A stretch of DNA of 64,000 bases, from positions 2,136 through 66,135 of the forward strand of contig PWYR01000014.1 of the NCBI GenBank assembly GCA_003567775.1. Direction: 5' to 3'. This document shows positions 49,331 through 59,229 of this stretch, one piece after another. Below the pieces are notes generated by a model, which made no database searches, was not told where the DNA came from, and saw nothing but the letters and a program-made list of their open reading frames with translations. This DNA is from Ignavibacteriales bacterium. Its GTDB lineage: Bacteria; Bacteroidota; Ignavibacteria; T3Sed10-11. The position numbers were made by a program, and so were the translations under genes. Numbering within the stretch: the stretch's first letter is position 1; each line of letters begins with the position of its first letter.

Positions 49331-50434
49331 ATGAAAAGAACTCCATTTTATGATAATCACGTTGCGGCTGGTGCGAAGATAGTCGATTTTAACGGATATG
49401 CAATGCCCGTGCACTACACCGGCATCATTGATGAACATAAACGTGTCCGTACGACCGCCGGTGTTTTCGATGTATCGCACATGGGAGAGATAGAGGTGAG
49501 TGGTGAAAAGGCAACAGAGTTTGTTCAGTATGTTACCCTCAACGATGCAGCCAAAATACAGGAAGGTCGTGCGCAGTACACAGCGATGACATACGAAAAC
49601 GGCGGGTTAATCGACGATCTGCTTGTGTATCATCTTGGTGAAAGATATATGCTGGTTGTAAATGCTGGAAATAAAGAGAAAAATCTTGCATGGATACAAA
49701 ATCAAGCGGCGTCATTTGGCGGTGTTACCGTAAATGATATAAGCGATCAAACTGCATTAATTGCAATACAAGGCCCAAAATCCCGCGATGTTTTGCAGCG
49801 GCTTACCGATGTGAACCTTTCGGATATAAAGTTTTATCATTTCCGAAATGGTAAGATTGCAGATACCGAGATGATTATTTCAAGAACAGGTTATACCGGC
49901 GAGCTTGGATTTGAATTATACTATGACGCTTCCGCAGCCGATAATTCCGCTGTCTGGAATACGATATTGGAAGCGGGTAAACCTGAAGATATCGCTCCTG
50001 CCGGACTTGGTGCGCGCGATACGCTTCGGCTTGAGATGGGTATGCTTCTTTACGGTAACGATATGGATGAAACGACCAATCCTCTCGAAGCGGGTCTCGG
50101 CTGGATAACAAAATTTGATAAAGACGACTTTATCGGAAAAGAAGCTTTGTTAAAAATAAAAGAAACCGGCGTCAAACGTAAGTTGACCGGATTCAAGATT
50201 ATCGATGAGAACATGGCCCGGCGAGCTATTCCCCGCCACGGTTTTCCGATCACTTTGAACGGAAAAGAGGTAGGCCATGTAACCAGTGGTACATTATCGC
50301 CTACATTGCAAACAAGCATTGCAATGGGCTATGTGGATCGGGAACATAGTGATGAAGGGAATGAAGTAGTAATATCGGTTCGGGGGAAAGATGTAGCATT
50401 CAAGGTAACAAAACCGCCTTTCATACGTCGATAA
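49331..50434 (+). CDS. gcvT: glycine cleavage system aminomethyltransferase T protein
   Basis: 367 aa. TPFYDNHVAAGAKIVDFNGYAMPVHY, GVFDVSHMGEIEVSG and a C-terminal barrel region typical of GcvT. Confidence 0.85.
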   Translation: MKRTPFYDNHVAAGAKIVDFNGYAMPVHYTGIIDEHKRVRTTAGVFDVSHMGEIEVSGEKATEFVQYVTLNDAAKIQEGRAQYTAMTYENGGLIDDLLVYHLGERYMLVVNAGNKEKNLAWIQNQAASFGGVTVNDISDQTALIAIQGPKSRDVLQRLTDVNLSDIKFYHFRNGKIADTEMIISRTGYTGELGFELYYDASAADNSAVWNTILEAGKPEDIAPAGLGARDTLRLEMGMLLYGNDMDETTNPLEAGLGWITKFDKDDFIGKEALLKIKETGVKRKLTGFKIIDENMARRAIPRHGFPITLNGKEVGHVTSGTLSPTLQTSIAMGYVDREHSDEGNEVVISVRGKDVAFKVTKPPFIRR

Positions 50435-50454
50435 ACTAAAATAGGGGAAAAATA

Positions 50455-51219
50455 ATGCATATAGATCTACTGATAACACCGGTAGTTACGAGCGAATTAT
50501 TTTTTCGCGATAAAAATGTTGTTGTAATTGATATTTTAAGGGCAAGCACTTCCATAGTGACTGCCCTGAATAACGGTGCACGGGAGGTAATACCGGTCGA
50601 AAGTGTGGAAAATGCCGTAAAAGTTTCCGGCAGCCTGTTCGGTGATGTTGTTCTTCGGTGTGGTGAGCGCGAGGGAAAAGCCATTCCCGGTTTTAATCTC
50701 GGAAATTCTCCGCTCGAATATTTACCCGAAACGGTGAAAAACAAATCACTGATTTTTACGAGTACGAACGGTTCACTTGCGATGGTGAAGGCAAAGTTTG
50801 CGCGTCAGTTACTCGTCGCTGCATTCGTGAACATTACAACGATTGTTAATTATTTGAAAAAAATGAACGAAGATTTTGTTATACTATGTGCGGGTAAGGA
50901 GCACCATTTCTGTATAGAAGATGTTGTATGTGGTGGAATGATAATTCACATGCTCGAGCAGAGCAATGTCAAGATGAAATTGACCGACGCGTCAATTGCC
51001 GCGCAAATTCTGTATAAATCGTTTAGTCGTTCTATTAATAAAATGCTACGGAATTCGGATCATGGGCAATATCTCATCTCCATCGGATTTGAAAAGGATC
51101 TGAAGGTCTGTGCAGCAGTAGACAGCATACCGGTACTACCGGCCTTTGATAAAGGTGCGATTAAGCTACTTAATAAAAAAACATCGGGTTCCGGGAAAAA
51201 GGGCGCACGCGCCATGTAG
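50455..51219 (+). CDS. comB: 2-phosphosulfolactate phosphatase family protein (ComB-like)
   Basis: 254 aa. VVVIDILRASTSIVTALNNGAREVIPV resembles the ComB family N-terminal signature. Confidence 0.6.
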   Translation: MHIDLLITPVVTSELFFRDKNVVVIDILRASTSIVTALNNGAREVIPVESVENAVKVSGSLFGDVVLRCGEREGKAIPGFNLGNSPLEYLPETVKNKSLIFTSTNGSLAMVKAKFARQLLVAAFVNITTIVNYLKKMNEDFVILCAGKEHHFCIEDVVCGGMIIHMLEQSNVKMKLTDASIAAQILYKSFSRSINKMLRNSDHGQYLISIGFEKDLKVCAAVDSIPVLPAFDKGAIKLLNKKTSGSGKKGARAM

Positions 51220-51241
51220 TGGATTATAGAAAATAAAACAA

Positions 51242-53701
51242 ATGAAACAGGCAGTGAAAAAGAACAAGCGAGTAAAGGTAAATAAACCTCGCTCGCGAGT
51301 GTCTCCGCAGCAGAAACGTACGGTTGCTGCAATTGCAATTACTGTAATCGGTATACTTTTACTATTGAGTATCATCTCCTATACACCGGCAGATGAGCCG
51401 ATTACCGGTGTATCTGTTTTAGAGTTATGGAAAGTGTTCGGCGGCGATCCCGATATTCAGGCGAAAGCAGATATTGCCCAAAACTGGCTCGGTCTCTTCG
51501 GAGCAATTAGTTCCCATTTTCTAATCAACTCTTCATTCGGCTATTCTGTTATCTTTATCCCGCTCCTTATTATCATATGGGGGTGGTATATACTTCGCAG
51601 TAAGGATATTCGCAATCTGATCGTGCTCACTAATTATACTCTTGTTATCATAGTTTTTGCAGCGACACTGTTCGGGCTTGTGCGGTTAATGACCGAAGAA
51701 CCGGTATTAGTGATGGATTGGTCGGGTATGGTCGGCGACTATCTTGCCAGGTCGATGTCCAATCTGATAGGGCTGGTTGGCAGCACTATTGTAACGCTTA
51801 CCCTGCTTAGTTTTACTATTGTTTTTGCCATCGATCTCGATATACAGCGATCAATTGATCGGATACGTCAACTGTTTGCCTGGTTTGTTGAAAAGAAGAA
51901 CCGGAAGTTAAATCGCTGGAGACAGAATTCTGCAGCACGTAAAGAAAGACGGCGTCTCGAAAAAGAAAATCGTAAACGTGAATGCGAGCGAAGTCTCGAA
52001 GAAAAGACAAATCAGCAGGAACATAGGAAGAAAACCCGGCAACCGGTTGTTGTACACGTCGATCAGGAAGAGCACATGGAACCTGCGCAATTAGGTGTTG
52101 ATGGCGCGAAAGACGATATTGAGTTAACAATCAAAGAAGGGGTGCGTGAAGAAGAAGCGGATCCGAAGAAAACTCCGAAATCGTATATCGCCGCAGATGA
52201 TGAGGAAGAAATAGATTATGTCTTTCCTTCAATTGATTTGCTTGAACCCGGATCGTCTTCAGCCAATGTTGACGAAGAAGAAGTGAAGGCAAATGCGGAA
52301 CTGCTGCAGGCGAAACTTGCGGATTTTGGTGTGGATATTGAAAGCGTCAGTGTAATCCGTGGTCCTGTATTAACATTGTATGAGCTTGTTCCCGCAGCAG
52401 GAGTGAAGATTAGCAAGATTACCAGCTTATCGAACGATCTTGCACTTGCACTTCAGGCAAAGGGTATACGCATACTTGCGCCAATTCCGGGCAAGGGCGC
52501 AGTCGGTGTAGAAATTCCAAATCACAACCCATCGATCGTTACATTCCGTAGTGTAGTCAACAGCAAGAAGTTTCATGAATCCATGTTTATGCTTCCGATG
52601 GCGATGGGTAAAACTATATCGGGTGAAATATACGTCGATGATCTTGCGCGGTTACCACACCTTCTTATCGCCGGGTCAACCGGTTCGGGAAAAAGTGTCG
52701 GTATTAATACGATCATTGCAAGTTTTCTATACAGACTGCATCCGTCGGATATAAAATTTGTTATTATCGATCCCAAGAAAATTGAGCTGACGCCGTATCG
52801 CAAACTCGACCGTCACTATCTCGCAGTTTCTCCGGATATTGATGAAAAAATTGCAACCAATGCGCAGAATGCAGTTACCGTTTTGCGGGGTGTTGAATTA
52901 GAAATGGAGCAGCGGTATGACCGTCTGGCGAGTGCAGGCGTGCGAAACGTCCAGGATTACAATAAAAAAGTAGCAGCCGGTCAGATCAAATCAGGTCAAG
53001 GTACAACGCATAAGAAACTTCCTTATATGATAGTGATAATTGATGAGTTAGCCGATTTGATGCTGACTGCTGCAAAAGACGTCGAGGATCCGATCGCGAG
53101 ATTAGCCCAACTTGCCCGTGCAGTGGGTATCCATTTGATACTGGCAACGCAGCGCCCGTCGGTAGACGTAATTACCGGTGTGATAAAAGCTAACTTTTCT
53201 GCGCGTATCGCTTATCAGGTAGCGCAGAAAAATGATTCGCGAACGATTCTTGATATGAACGGCGCCGAACAGTTGATCGGAAATGGCGATATGCTGTACT
53301 TACCCAGTGGCAGTCCGAAACCATCGCGGTTACAAAATGCGTTTTTATCCAGTGATGAAGTTGAACGATTAACGACTCATATAAAAAAACAACCCGGTTA
53401 TTCAAGACCGTATTACCTGCCTTCAATCGTAGAGAAAAAGAAATCGGCTTACGGCGGAGGCGATGATTCCCGCGATGAACTTTTTGAAGAAGCGGCAGAA
53501 CTGGTTGTGCGTCATCAACAAGGATCGGTCTCGTTAATACAACGACGGTTGAAGGTAGGATATTCCCGAGCTGCCCGGATAATCGATGAACTTGAGGCAG
53601 CGGGAATTGTCGGCCCGTTCGATGGAAGTAAAGCCCGGCAAGTTCTTGTCGAAACCGACAGCGAATTAAATATTATTTTGGAATCACTAAAACAAACGTA
53701 A
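51242..53701 (+). CDS. ftsK: DNA translocase FtsK
   Basis: 819 aa. N-terminal 4-TM region, charged linker, motor domain with Walker A GSTGSGKSVGIN and Walker B IVIIDELADLM, C-terminal gamma winged-helix (GSVSLIQRRLKVGYSRAARIIDELE). Confidence 0.9.
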   Translation: MKQAVKKNKRVKVNKPRSRVSPQQKRTVAAIAITVIGILLLLSIISYTPADEPITGVSVLELWKVFGGDPDIQAKADIAQNWLGLFGAISSHFLINSSFGYSVIFIPLLIIIWGWYILRSKDIRNLIVLTNYTLVIIVFAATLFGLVRLMTEEPVLVMDWSGMVGDYLARSMSNLIGLVGSTIVTLTLLSFTIVFAIDLDIQRSIDRIRQLFAWFVEKKNRKLNRWRQNSAARKERRRLEKENRKRECERSLEEKTNQQEHRKKTRQPVVVHVDQEEHMEPAQLGVDGAKDDIELTIKEGVREEEADPKKTPKSYIAADDEEEIDYVFPSIDLLEPGSSSANVDEEEVKANAELLQAKLADFGVDIESVSVIRGPVLTLYELVPAAGVKISKITSLSNDLALALQAKGIRILAPIPGKGAVGVEIPNHNPSIVTFRSVVNSKKFHESMFMLPMAMGKTISGEIYVDDLARLPHLLIAGSTGSGKSVGINTIIASFLYRLHPSDIKFVIIDPKKIELTPYRKLDRHYLAVSPDIDEKIATNAQNAVTVLRGVELEMEQRYDRLASAGVRNVQDYNKKVAAGQIKSGQGTTHKKLPYMIVIIDELADLMLTAAKDVEDPIARLAQLARAVGIHLILATQRPSVDVITGVIKANFSARIAYQVAQKNDSRTILDMNGAEQLIGNGDMLYLPSGSPKPSRLQNAFLSSDEVERLTTHIKKQPGYSRPYYLPSIVEKKKSAYGGGDDSRDELFEEAAELVVRHQQGSVSLIQRRLKVGYSRAARIIDELEAAGIVGPFDGSKARQVLVETDSELNIILESLKQT

Positions 53702-53721
53702 TCAAATATGAAGAGAGGACA

Positions 53722-54348
53722 ATGCGCGCAATAATGGTGGTGTGTGTGATACTTCTAACGGGAGTACTGATACTTTCTGCTCAACAAAATGTTGTACAGA
53801 ACGTACAAAATACGTATCAAACTATCGATAATGCGGTTATAAAATATGAACAGATAGTAGAATTTCCGGTAACGCGAACAGAGCAAACCTTCGAAGGTAT
53901 AGTGTATATGAAAAGACCGGATTTTTATCGTATCGAATCGGAGCAACAAACAGTGGTAACCGACGGAAAAACAATTTGGTCATACAATCCCTTTACCGAA
54001 CAGGTGATCGTCGATCTGTTTCAGGAAGATGAACAAATGTTTACACCGGACCGGTTCTTGCTTAACATCCCAGATGAATTTTATGTAACCGTCGGAGACA
54101 GGGAGACCGTAGACGGGCAATCGCTTATAGCTTTGCGGCTTGTTCCGAAAGACGATCATCAGTTTGTTCGTTCGATGCGCATGTGGGTTGATGACGACGG
54201 GTGGATTGTTCGAAAGGCAGAGGTAGTCGATCTCAATGAGAACAAGACCACATATCGTGTCCATGACATTCAACTTAATGTGGGTGTTGACATGGATTTA
54301 TTTTCATATCAACCGCCCGAAAATGCTGAAATAATAGATTTACGTTAA
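53722..54348 (+). CDS. lolA: outer-membrane lipoprotein carrier protein LolA-like
   Basis: 208 aa with signal peptide. DFYRIES...TDGKTIWSYNPF pattern of LolA-like proteins. Conserved ftsK-lolA synteny. Confidence 0.55.
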   Translation: MRAIMVVCVILLTGVLILSAQQNVVQNVQNTYQTIDNAVIKYEQIVEFPVTRTEQTFEGIVYMKRPDFYRIESEQQTVVTDGKTIWSYNPFTEQVIVDLFQEDEQMFTPDRFLLNIPDEFYVTVGDRETVDGQSLIALRLVPKDDHQFVRSMRMWVDDDGWIVRKAEVVDLNENKTTYRVHDIQLNVGVDMDLFSYQPPENAEIIDLR

Positions 54349-54363
54349 CAAAACCGATACCGG

Positions 54364-55452
54364 ATGACATATCGTTTACGTACACTCACCAATTTCATTA
54401 TAGGTCTTATTCTCACCGGTATATTGCTCTTTGTTGCATTTCGCGGTACGGATTTTTACGCATTATGGGAAATAATACAAAACGTCAATTTTTGGTGGAT
54501 TTTAACTGCTTTTCCACTGCTGATGCTCAGTCATTATGTGAGGGCTTGGAGATGGCAGCTTCTTCTTGTTCCGGTTAAAGATCGTGTCGATCGCAGGAAT
54601 GCATTTTCAAGTCTGATTATCGGTTATTTGACAAACAACATTGTTCCTCGAGTCGGAGAATTCCTCCGCCCGTATATGTTGGGTAAGATTGAAAACATTT
54701 CCAAAGCGTCGACTTTCGGTTCCGTATTTATCGAACGAATGATCGATTTAATATCGTTGCTCATGGGAATTGGTTTATTGTTTGTTCTATTTCAAAAAAC
54801 CATAACAGATCAATTTCCCTGGTGGGGAACGCTCATCATTACGGTGATCATAATCACAGTTATAGCTATAATCGCCATATCGCTTTTATTATATAAACGG
54901 GAATTGATGTTCAATATTACAAAAATATTTTTATTTCCATTTTCAGACCGTGTTAAACAAAGAAGCGAAGAAATGTTTCATTCGTTCGTTGATGGAATGA
55001 TGATAATACGTCAGCGCAGCAATATGATGTCGATTATTGTTTTAACTTTCGTGATGTGGATACTTTACATCTTAACTGCATATCTTCCACTGTTTGCATT
55101 TGATTTGGGTGATGCACCGATTAATATCATAACCGGGTTTGTACTAACTATGGTGACTTCGATAAGTGTTATTGTCCCGACGCCCGGGGCAACGGGGTCG
55201 TATCACACATTTATTGTCGAGATGTTGACACGTTTTTATGGTATTCAGCGGGAGGTTGCTCTCGGTTATGCTACGCTCACACACGCGGTTGGTTATTTCT
55301 CGGTTATCATAGTTGGATTATTTTATGTTTTTCGTCTGAAACTTCGGTTTCGGGATTTTCTTCGACAAGTCGAATCGGATAATCAAGACGGGCAACCGGA
55401 GATTGATGATGCGCCGGTGTCACGGTATGATATTAAGAGACCCTATGATTAA
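54364..55452 (+). CDS. UPF0104 / lysylphosphatidylglycerol-synthase-TM-domain-like (flippase-like) membrane protein
   Basis: 362 aa polytopic. N-terminal FRGTDFYALWEIIQNVNFWWILTAFPLLMLSHYVRAWRWQLLL matches the TIGR00374/UPF0104 pattern. Confidence 0.5.
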   Translation: MTYRLRTLTNFIIGLILTGILLFVAFRGTDFYALWEIIQNVNFWWILTAFPLLMLSHYVRAWRWQLLLVPVKDRVDRRNAFSSLIIGYLTNNIVPRVGEFLRPYMLGKIENISKASTFGSVFIERMIDLISLLMGIGLLFVLFQKTITDQFPWWGTLIITVIIITVIAIIAISLLLYKRELMFNITKIFLFPFSDRVKQRSEEMFHSFVDGMMIIRQRSNMMSIIVLTFVMWILYILTAYLPLFAFDLGDAPINIITGFVLTMVTSISVIVPTPGATGSYHTFIVEMLTRFYGIQREVALGYATLTHAVGYFSVIIVGLFYVFRLKLRFRDFLRQVESDNQDGQPEIDDAPVSRYDIKRPYD

Positions 55453-56137
55453 AAGAATTATATATGTTTTGCTGTTAGTAATGGTATGCTGGAGTTACGG
55501 CGCTGCAAAAACAAGCCGTGCAGGTGACCAAACAGTTTTCGGCTATCGATTCGGCGCCGGAGGTGGTATGGGAATTAGTGCGATCAGTATTAACGATCTG
55601 ACATCCTACTTAAATGTTATCCATGTACCGGATATAGTAAACAGAGTCTCGGAGTTTAATGCCGCTGTTGAGTTTTTCGGATCATTCGATTTGTTTTTAC
55701 ATGCCGATTATGCCGCCGGATTTGAATATTCCTATTTACTCGGATCACATACTATCGAAACGGGATTTGGATCCAACATTTTTAGTTACTCATATCACAT
55801 GCCCTTGTTGCTCGGGCACTACATTGTTGCGGGATCGGAGTATTTTTTCAAATTTGGCGGAGGGCTTGGTTATTTTCATTCTCGGTACAAAGAAGATGTT
55901 ACTGAGTTTCCGCAACCGTTAGTTTATACGGGCGGCGGAGTTGGCGGGAAATTACAAGCTGTCGGCCATACACCGTTCGGCGAAAGTCTGTTTGGATATA
56001 TCGGAATCGAAATGCGTTTTGCATTTCCCGGATCCGTTACCGACGATGAAGGCAACAAACTTACCGACGGGCGTGAAGATGTGTCTCTAAATTTTTTCTC
56101 GTTCGGTCTTAAATTCGGGTTAACGTTTTATTTCTAA
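55445..56137 (+). CDS. putative outer-membrane beta-barrel protein, hypothetical
   Basis: ATG 55445 overlaps the upstream stop by 8 nt (ATGATTAA). Signal peptide MIKRIIYVLLLVMVCWSYGAA. Alternating amphipathic Gly/aromatic-rich strands. C-terminal Phe (LTFYF). Confidence 0.4.
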   Translation: MIKRIIYVLLLVMVCWSYGAAKTSRAGDQTVFGYRFGAGGGMGISAISINDLTSYLNVIHVPDIVNRVSEFNAAVEFFGSFDLFLHADYAAGFEYSYLLGSHTIETGFGSNIFSYSYHMPLLLGHYIVAGSEYFFKFGGGLGYFHSRYKEDVTEFPQPLVYTGGGVGGKLQAVGHTPFGESLFGYIGIEMRFAFPGSVTDDEGNKLTDGREDVSLNFFSFGLKFGLTFYF

Positions 56138-56150
56138 TATTAGGAGTGGT

Positions 56151-56963
56151 ATGTCATATTTTGATGCATTGATTCTCGGTTTATTGCAAGGATTAACGGA
56201 ATTTTTACCCGTGAGTAGTTCGGGGCATCTGGTGCTCGGGCAGGAAGTACTCGGTGTACTGCAGGCGGATAATATTACATTTGAGGTATTCGTACATTTT
56301 GGTACTTTGTTCAGCATACTTGCCATTTTTTGGAAAGATGTATGGCAAATATTCTCATCACTGTTTGAAGGCATTAAACAACCATCAAATATATCAATTC
56401 TTTTAAGGGAAGATGAGCATTTCAAACTTGCCGCGCTTATCGTCGTCGGCTCGATACCCGCCGCAATAATCGGCCTTTCATTCAAACCGTACGTGGAACG
56501 GGCTTTTTCGGATGTCAACCTTGTCGGGGTGATGCTTCTTGTAACGGGTCTGGTTCTGTTTCTAACCCGTCTTGCACGACCGAAACCGGATAAAATGGTT
56601 GGCTGGGGAACTGCTATATTTATCGGATTTGCCCAGGCGCTTGCCGTTATGCCGGGTATTTCAAGAGCCGGTATGACTATTAGCGCCGGTCTGTTTGCGG
56701 GAGTGGCACGGGAACAAGCGGCGCGTTATTCCTTTCTACTTGCACTGCCGGCAATATTCGGAGCAACATTACTTGAAACGGTCGAGATAACCTCTGCGCC
56801 TCTTGAAAAACAATTGATTATCGTGTTGGTTGTCGGCACTATCGCTGCATTTATTGCAGGTTATATTGCGATCAAAACTATTTTTATTGTTTTGAAGAAG
56901 GATAAATTCAGCTATTTTTCATTTTATTGTTTAATTGTAGGTTTAATTGTAATATTAGTATAA
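56151..56963 (+). CDS. uppP: undecaprenyl-diphosphatase
   Basis: ILGLLQGLTEFLPVSSSGHLVL and GISRAGMTISAGL motifs of BacA/UppP. Confidence 0.9.
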   Translation: MSYFDALILGLLQGLTEFLPVSSSGHLVLGQEVLGVLQADNITFEVFVHFGTLFSILAIFWKDVWQIFSSLFEGIKQPSNISILLREDEHFKLAALIVVGSIPAAIIGLSFKPYVERAFSDVNLVGVMLLVTGLVLFLTRLARPKPDKMVGWGTAIFIGFAQALAVMPGISRAGMTISAGLFAGVAREQAARYSFLLALPAIFGATLLETVEITSAPLEKQLIIVLVVGTIAAFIAGYIAIKTIFIVLKKDKFSYFSFYCLIVGLIVILV

Positions 56964-56982
56964 TAAATAATCGGAGGATTGT

Positions 56983-57609
56983 ATGATGAACAGATTTTTC
57001 TTAATGACTACGATTGTTGCATTGCTTGCAATAATCGTTGCTTGCGGACAACAAAATAATGGGCAAGATATGGATGCAGAACAACGTATACCCGATGAAC
57101 CGGTTGCGGGTGATTCGCTTGTCGTTATTGAAACGACGAAAGGGACAATCAAAATCGAATTGTTCACCGAACAAGCGCCGGAGCATTCCGGGAATTTTAA
57201 AAAACTTGCACGCGATGGTTTTTATAATGGCACAGCATTTCATCGTGTGATCCCCGGATTTGTTGTACAGGGGGGCGATCCGAATTCCCGGTCGGAAGAT
57301 CGAACAGTGCACGGACGAGGCGGACCCGGCTATACGATACCTGCGGAAATCGGGATTGATCATAAGCGCGGTTATGTCGCAGCGGCGCGCCTCGGCGACC
57401 AGGTCAATCCTGAACGCGAGTCGAGCGGCAGCCAATTTTATATCTGCCTCGCCGATCTTCCGAATCTCGACGATGCATACACCGTCTTCGGTCGTGTTCT
57501 TGAGGGGATGGACGTCGTCGATGCAATCGCACAAGTTGAGACGGATATGAACGATAATCCCGTCGATCGGGTTGAAATGGTAAATGTAACACTTATTCCG
57601 AAAGAATAA
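56983..57609 (+). CDS. peptidyl-prolyl cis-trans isomerase, cyclophilin type (lipoprotein)
   Basis: Lipobox IVAC. FHRVIPGFVVQGGDP and GYVAAARLGDQVNPERESSGSQFYI cyclophilin signatures. Confidence 0.9.
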   Translation: MMNRFFLMTTIVALLAIIVACGQQNNGQDMDAEQRIPDEPVAGDSLVVIETTKGTIKIELFTEQAPEHSGNFKKLARDGFYNGTAFHRVIPGFVVQGGDPNSRSEDRTVHGRGGPGYTIPAEIGIDHKRGYVAAARLGDQVNPERESSGSQFYICLADLPNLDDAYTVFGRVLEGMDVVDAIAQVETDMNDNPVDRVEMVNVTLIPKE

Positions 57610-57612
57610 ATC

Positions 57613-59100
57613 ATGAGCAACCGACAAGAATTTTTCACTTCACGGTGGGGAATGATTCTTGCGGTGATTGGAATTGCGGTGGGAACCGGTAACATCTGGC
57701 GGTTTCCCCGTATCGTTGCACAGAATGACGGTGGATCATTTCTCATACCCTGGGTAATCTTCCTTTTCATCTGGTCGATCCCGCTTATTATTACCGAGAT
57801 CGCTATCGGTAAGAAAACCCGTAAAGGAACCGTCGGTGCGCTTTCAGAGATGGCAGGAGAGAAATTCGGATGGATGGGTGCATTCGTCGGTTTCGTTGCA
57901 ACCGCTATCATGTTTTATTATGCAGTAGTAGCCGGATGGTGTATTAAGTATTTATATACATCTTTCACGGGTTCAATTGTTACGACAGCAGATCACGTTG
58001 CACTATGGGATTCTTTCACAGCCGGTTATCAACCTCTGTTCTTTCATGCAATTGCAATGCTGATCGGCGTCTATATAATTTATCGGGGAGTGGTCGAGGG
58101 GATTGAACGTTGGAATCGCTTTCTTGTCCCCTCGCTGCTGGTGATGTTGTTGATACTGGCCGTACGGGCGATTACACTCGACGGCGCGATGGAGGGGATC
58201 GTCTATTTATTCACGCCGAATCTCGAACGGTTATTCGACTACCGGATCTGGCTGCAAGCACTTACGCAAAACGCCTGGGATACCGGTGCGGGTTGGGGAT
58301 TAATTCTGACGTATGCCATATACCTTCGGAAAAGAGAAGATATGGCGCTAAATGCAGCGGTAACCGGTTTGAGCAACAATTCAGTTTCACTTCTTGCGGC
58401 AATTATCGTCTTTGCTACTATATTCGGTATCGCCGGTGCTGCGGGCGTTGAAGAGCTTGAAATCGGAACGGGCAGCACAAACATCGGTATGGCATTCATT
58501 TTTTTGCCGCAATTATTCACGCAGATGCCCGGAGGGATGCTGGTTCAAAGTTTCTTTTCCAGCATCTTCTTTTTATCCCTGAGCGTTGCCGCGATAAGTT
58601 CGCTTATCTCGATGATAGAGCTTGCTGTTCGTGTTTTTATGGATATGGGTTTACATCGGCATAATGCGATTTTAATAGTCGGATCGTTGGGATTTCTCTT
58701 CGGCATTCCTTCTGCATTGAGTTTAACCGTTTTTTATAATCAGGATTGGGTGTGGGGTGTTGCTTTGATGATAAGCGGGGGTTTTATCTCATTCTCGGTG
58801 ATTAAATACGGGGTTGATAAATTCCGGCGTGAAGTCGTCAACGGCGAAGGATCGGATGTGCAGATCGGGAAATGGTATAATATTGTAATCGCGATTCTTA
58901 TACCACTGCAGGTGATTGTGTTGATTGTATGGTGGCTTTATTCATCCACACAATGGGATCCCGACGGTTGGTGGAATCCATTCGGTGCAGAAACCCTCGG
59001 CACGTGTTTGTTTCAATGGGGAATCATCCTCGCATTGTTTATCGGATTCAACAAGATAATTGTCCGGCGTACCATGAAGCACACAACAAAAATAACATAA
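57613..59100 (+). CDS. sodium-dependent transporter, NSS (SNF) family
   Basis: WGMILAVIGIAVGTGNIWRFP (NSS TM1 signature), 11-12 TMs. Confidence 0.85.
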   Translation: MSNRQEFFTSRWGMILAVIGIAVGTGNIWRFPRIVAQNDGGSFLIPWVIFLFIWSIPLIITEIAIGKKTRKGTVGALSEMAGEKFGWMGAFVGFVATAIMFYYAVVAGWCIKYLYTSFTGSIVTTADHVALWDSFTAGYQPLFFHAIAMLIGVYIIYRGVVEGIERWNRFLVPSLLVMLLILAVRAITLDGAMEGIVYLFTPNLERLFDYRIWLQALTQNAWDTGAGWGLILTYAIYLRKREDMALNAAVTGLSNNSVSLLAAIIVFATIFGIAGAAGVEELEIGTGSTNIGMAFIFLPQLFTQMPGGMLVQSFFSSIFFLSLSVAAISSLISMIELAVRVFMDMGLHRHNAILIVGSLGFLFGIPSALSLTVFYNQDWVWGVALMISGGFISFSVIKYGVDKFRREVVNGEGSDVQIGKWYNIVIAILIPLQVIVLIVWWLYSSTQWDPDGWWNPFGAETLGTCLFQWGIILALFIGFNKIIVRRTMKHTTKIT

Positions 59101-59109
59101 ATTATAGCC

Positions 59110-59229
59110 ATGGAACCTGCTACCTTATTTACAATGATTTTTACGCTCGGCATCATCTGGGGTGGGTGTGTATTCGTTGTTCTGCTCGCCATGAGACGTG
59201 AGAGAAGCAAGAAGGATAATGAAAAGTAG
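59110..59229 (+). CDS. 39-aa single-TM protein immediately downstream of the NSS transporter (MetS-like small subunit candidate; not in ORF track)
   Basis: MEPATLFTMIFTLGIIWGGCVFVVLLAMRRERSKKDNEK. Starts 10 nt after the transporter stop. One TM plus a basic tail. Overlaps holA start by 11 nt. Confidence 0.35.
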   Translation: MEPATLFTMIFTLGIIWGGCVFVVLLAMRRERSKKDNEK

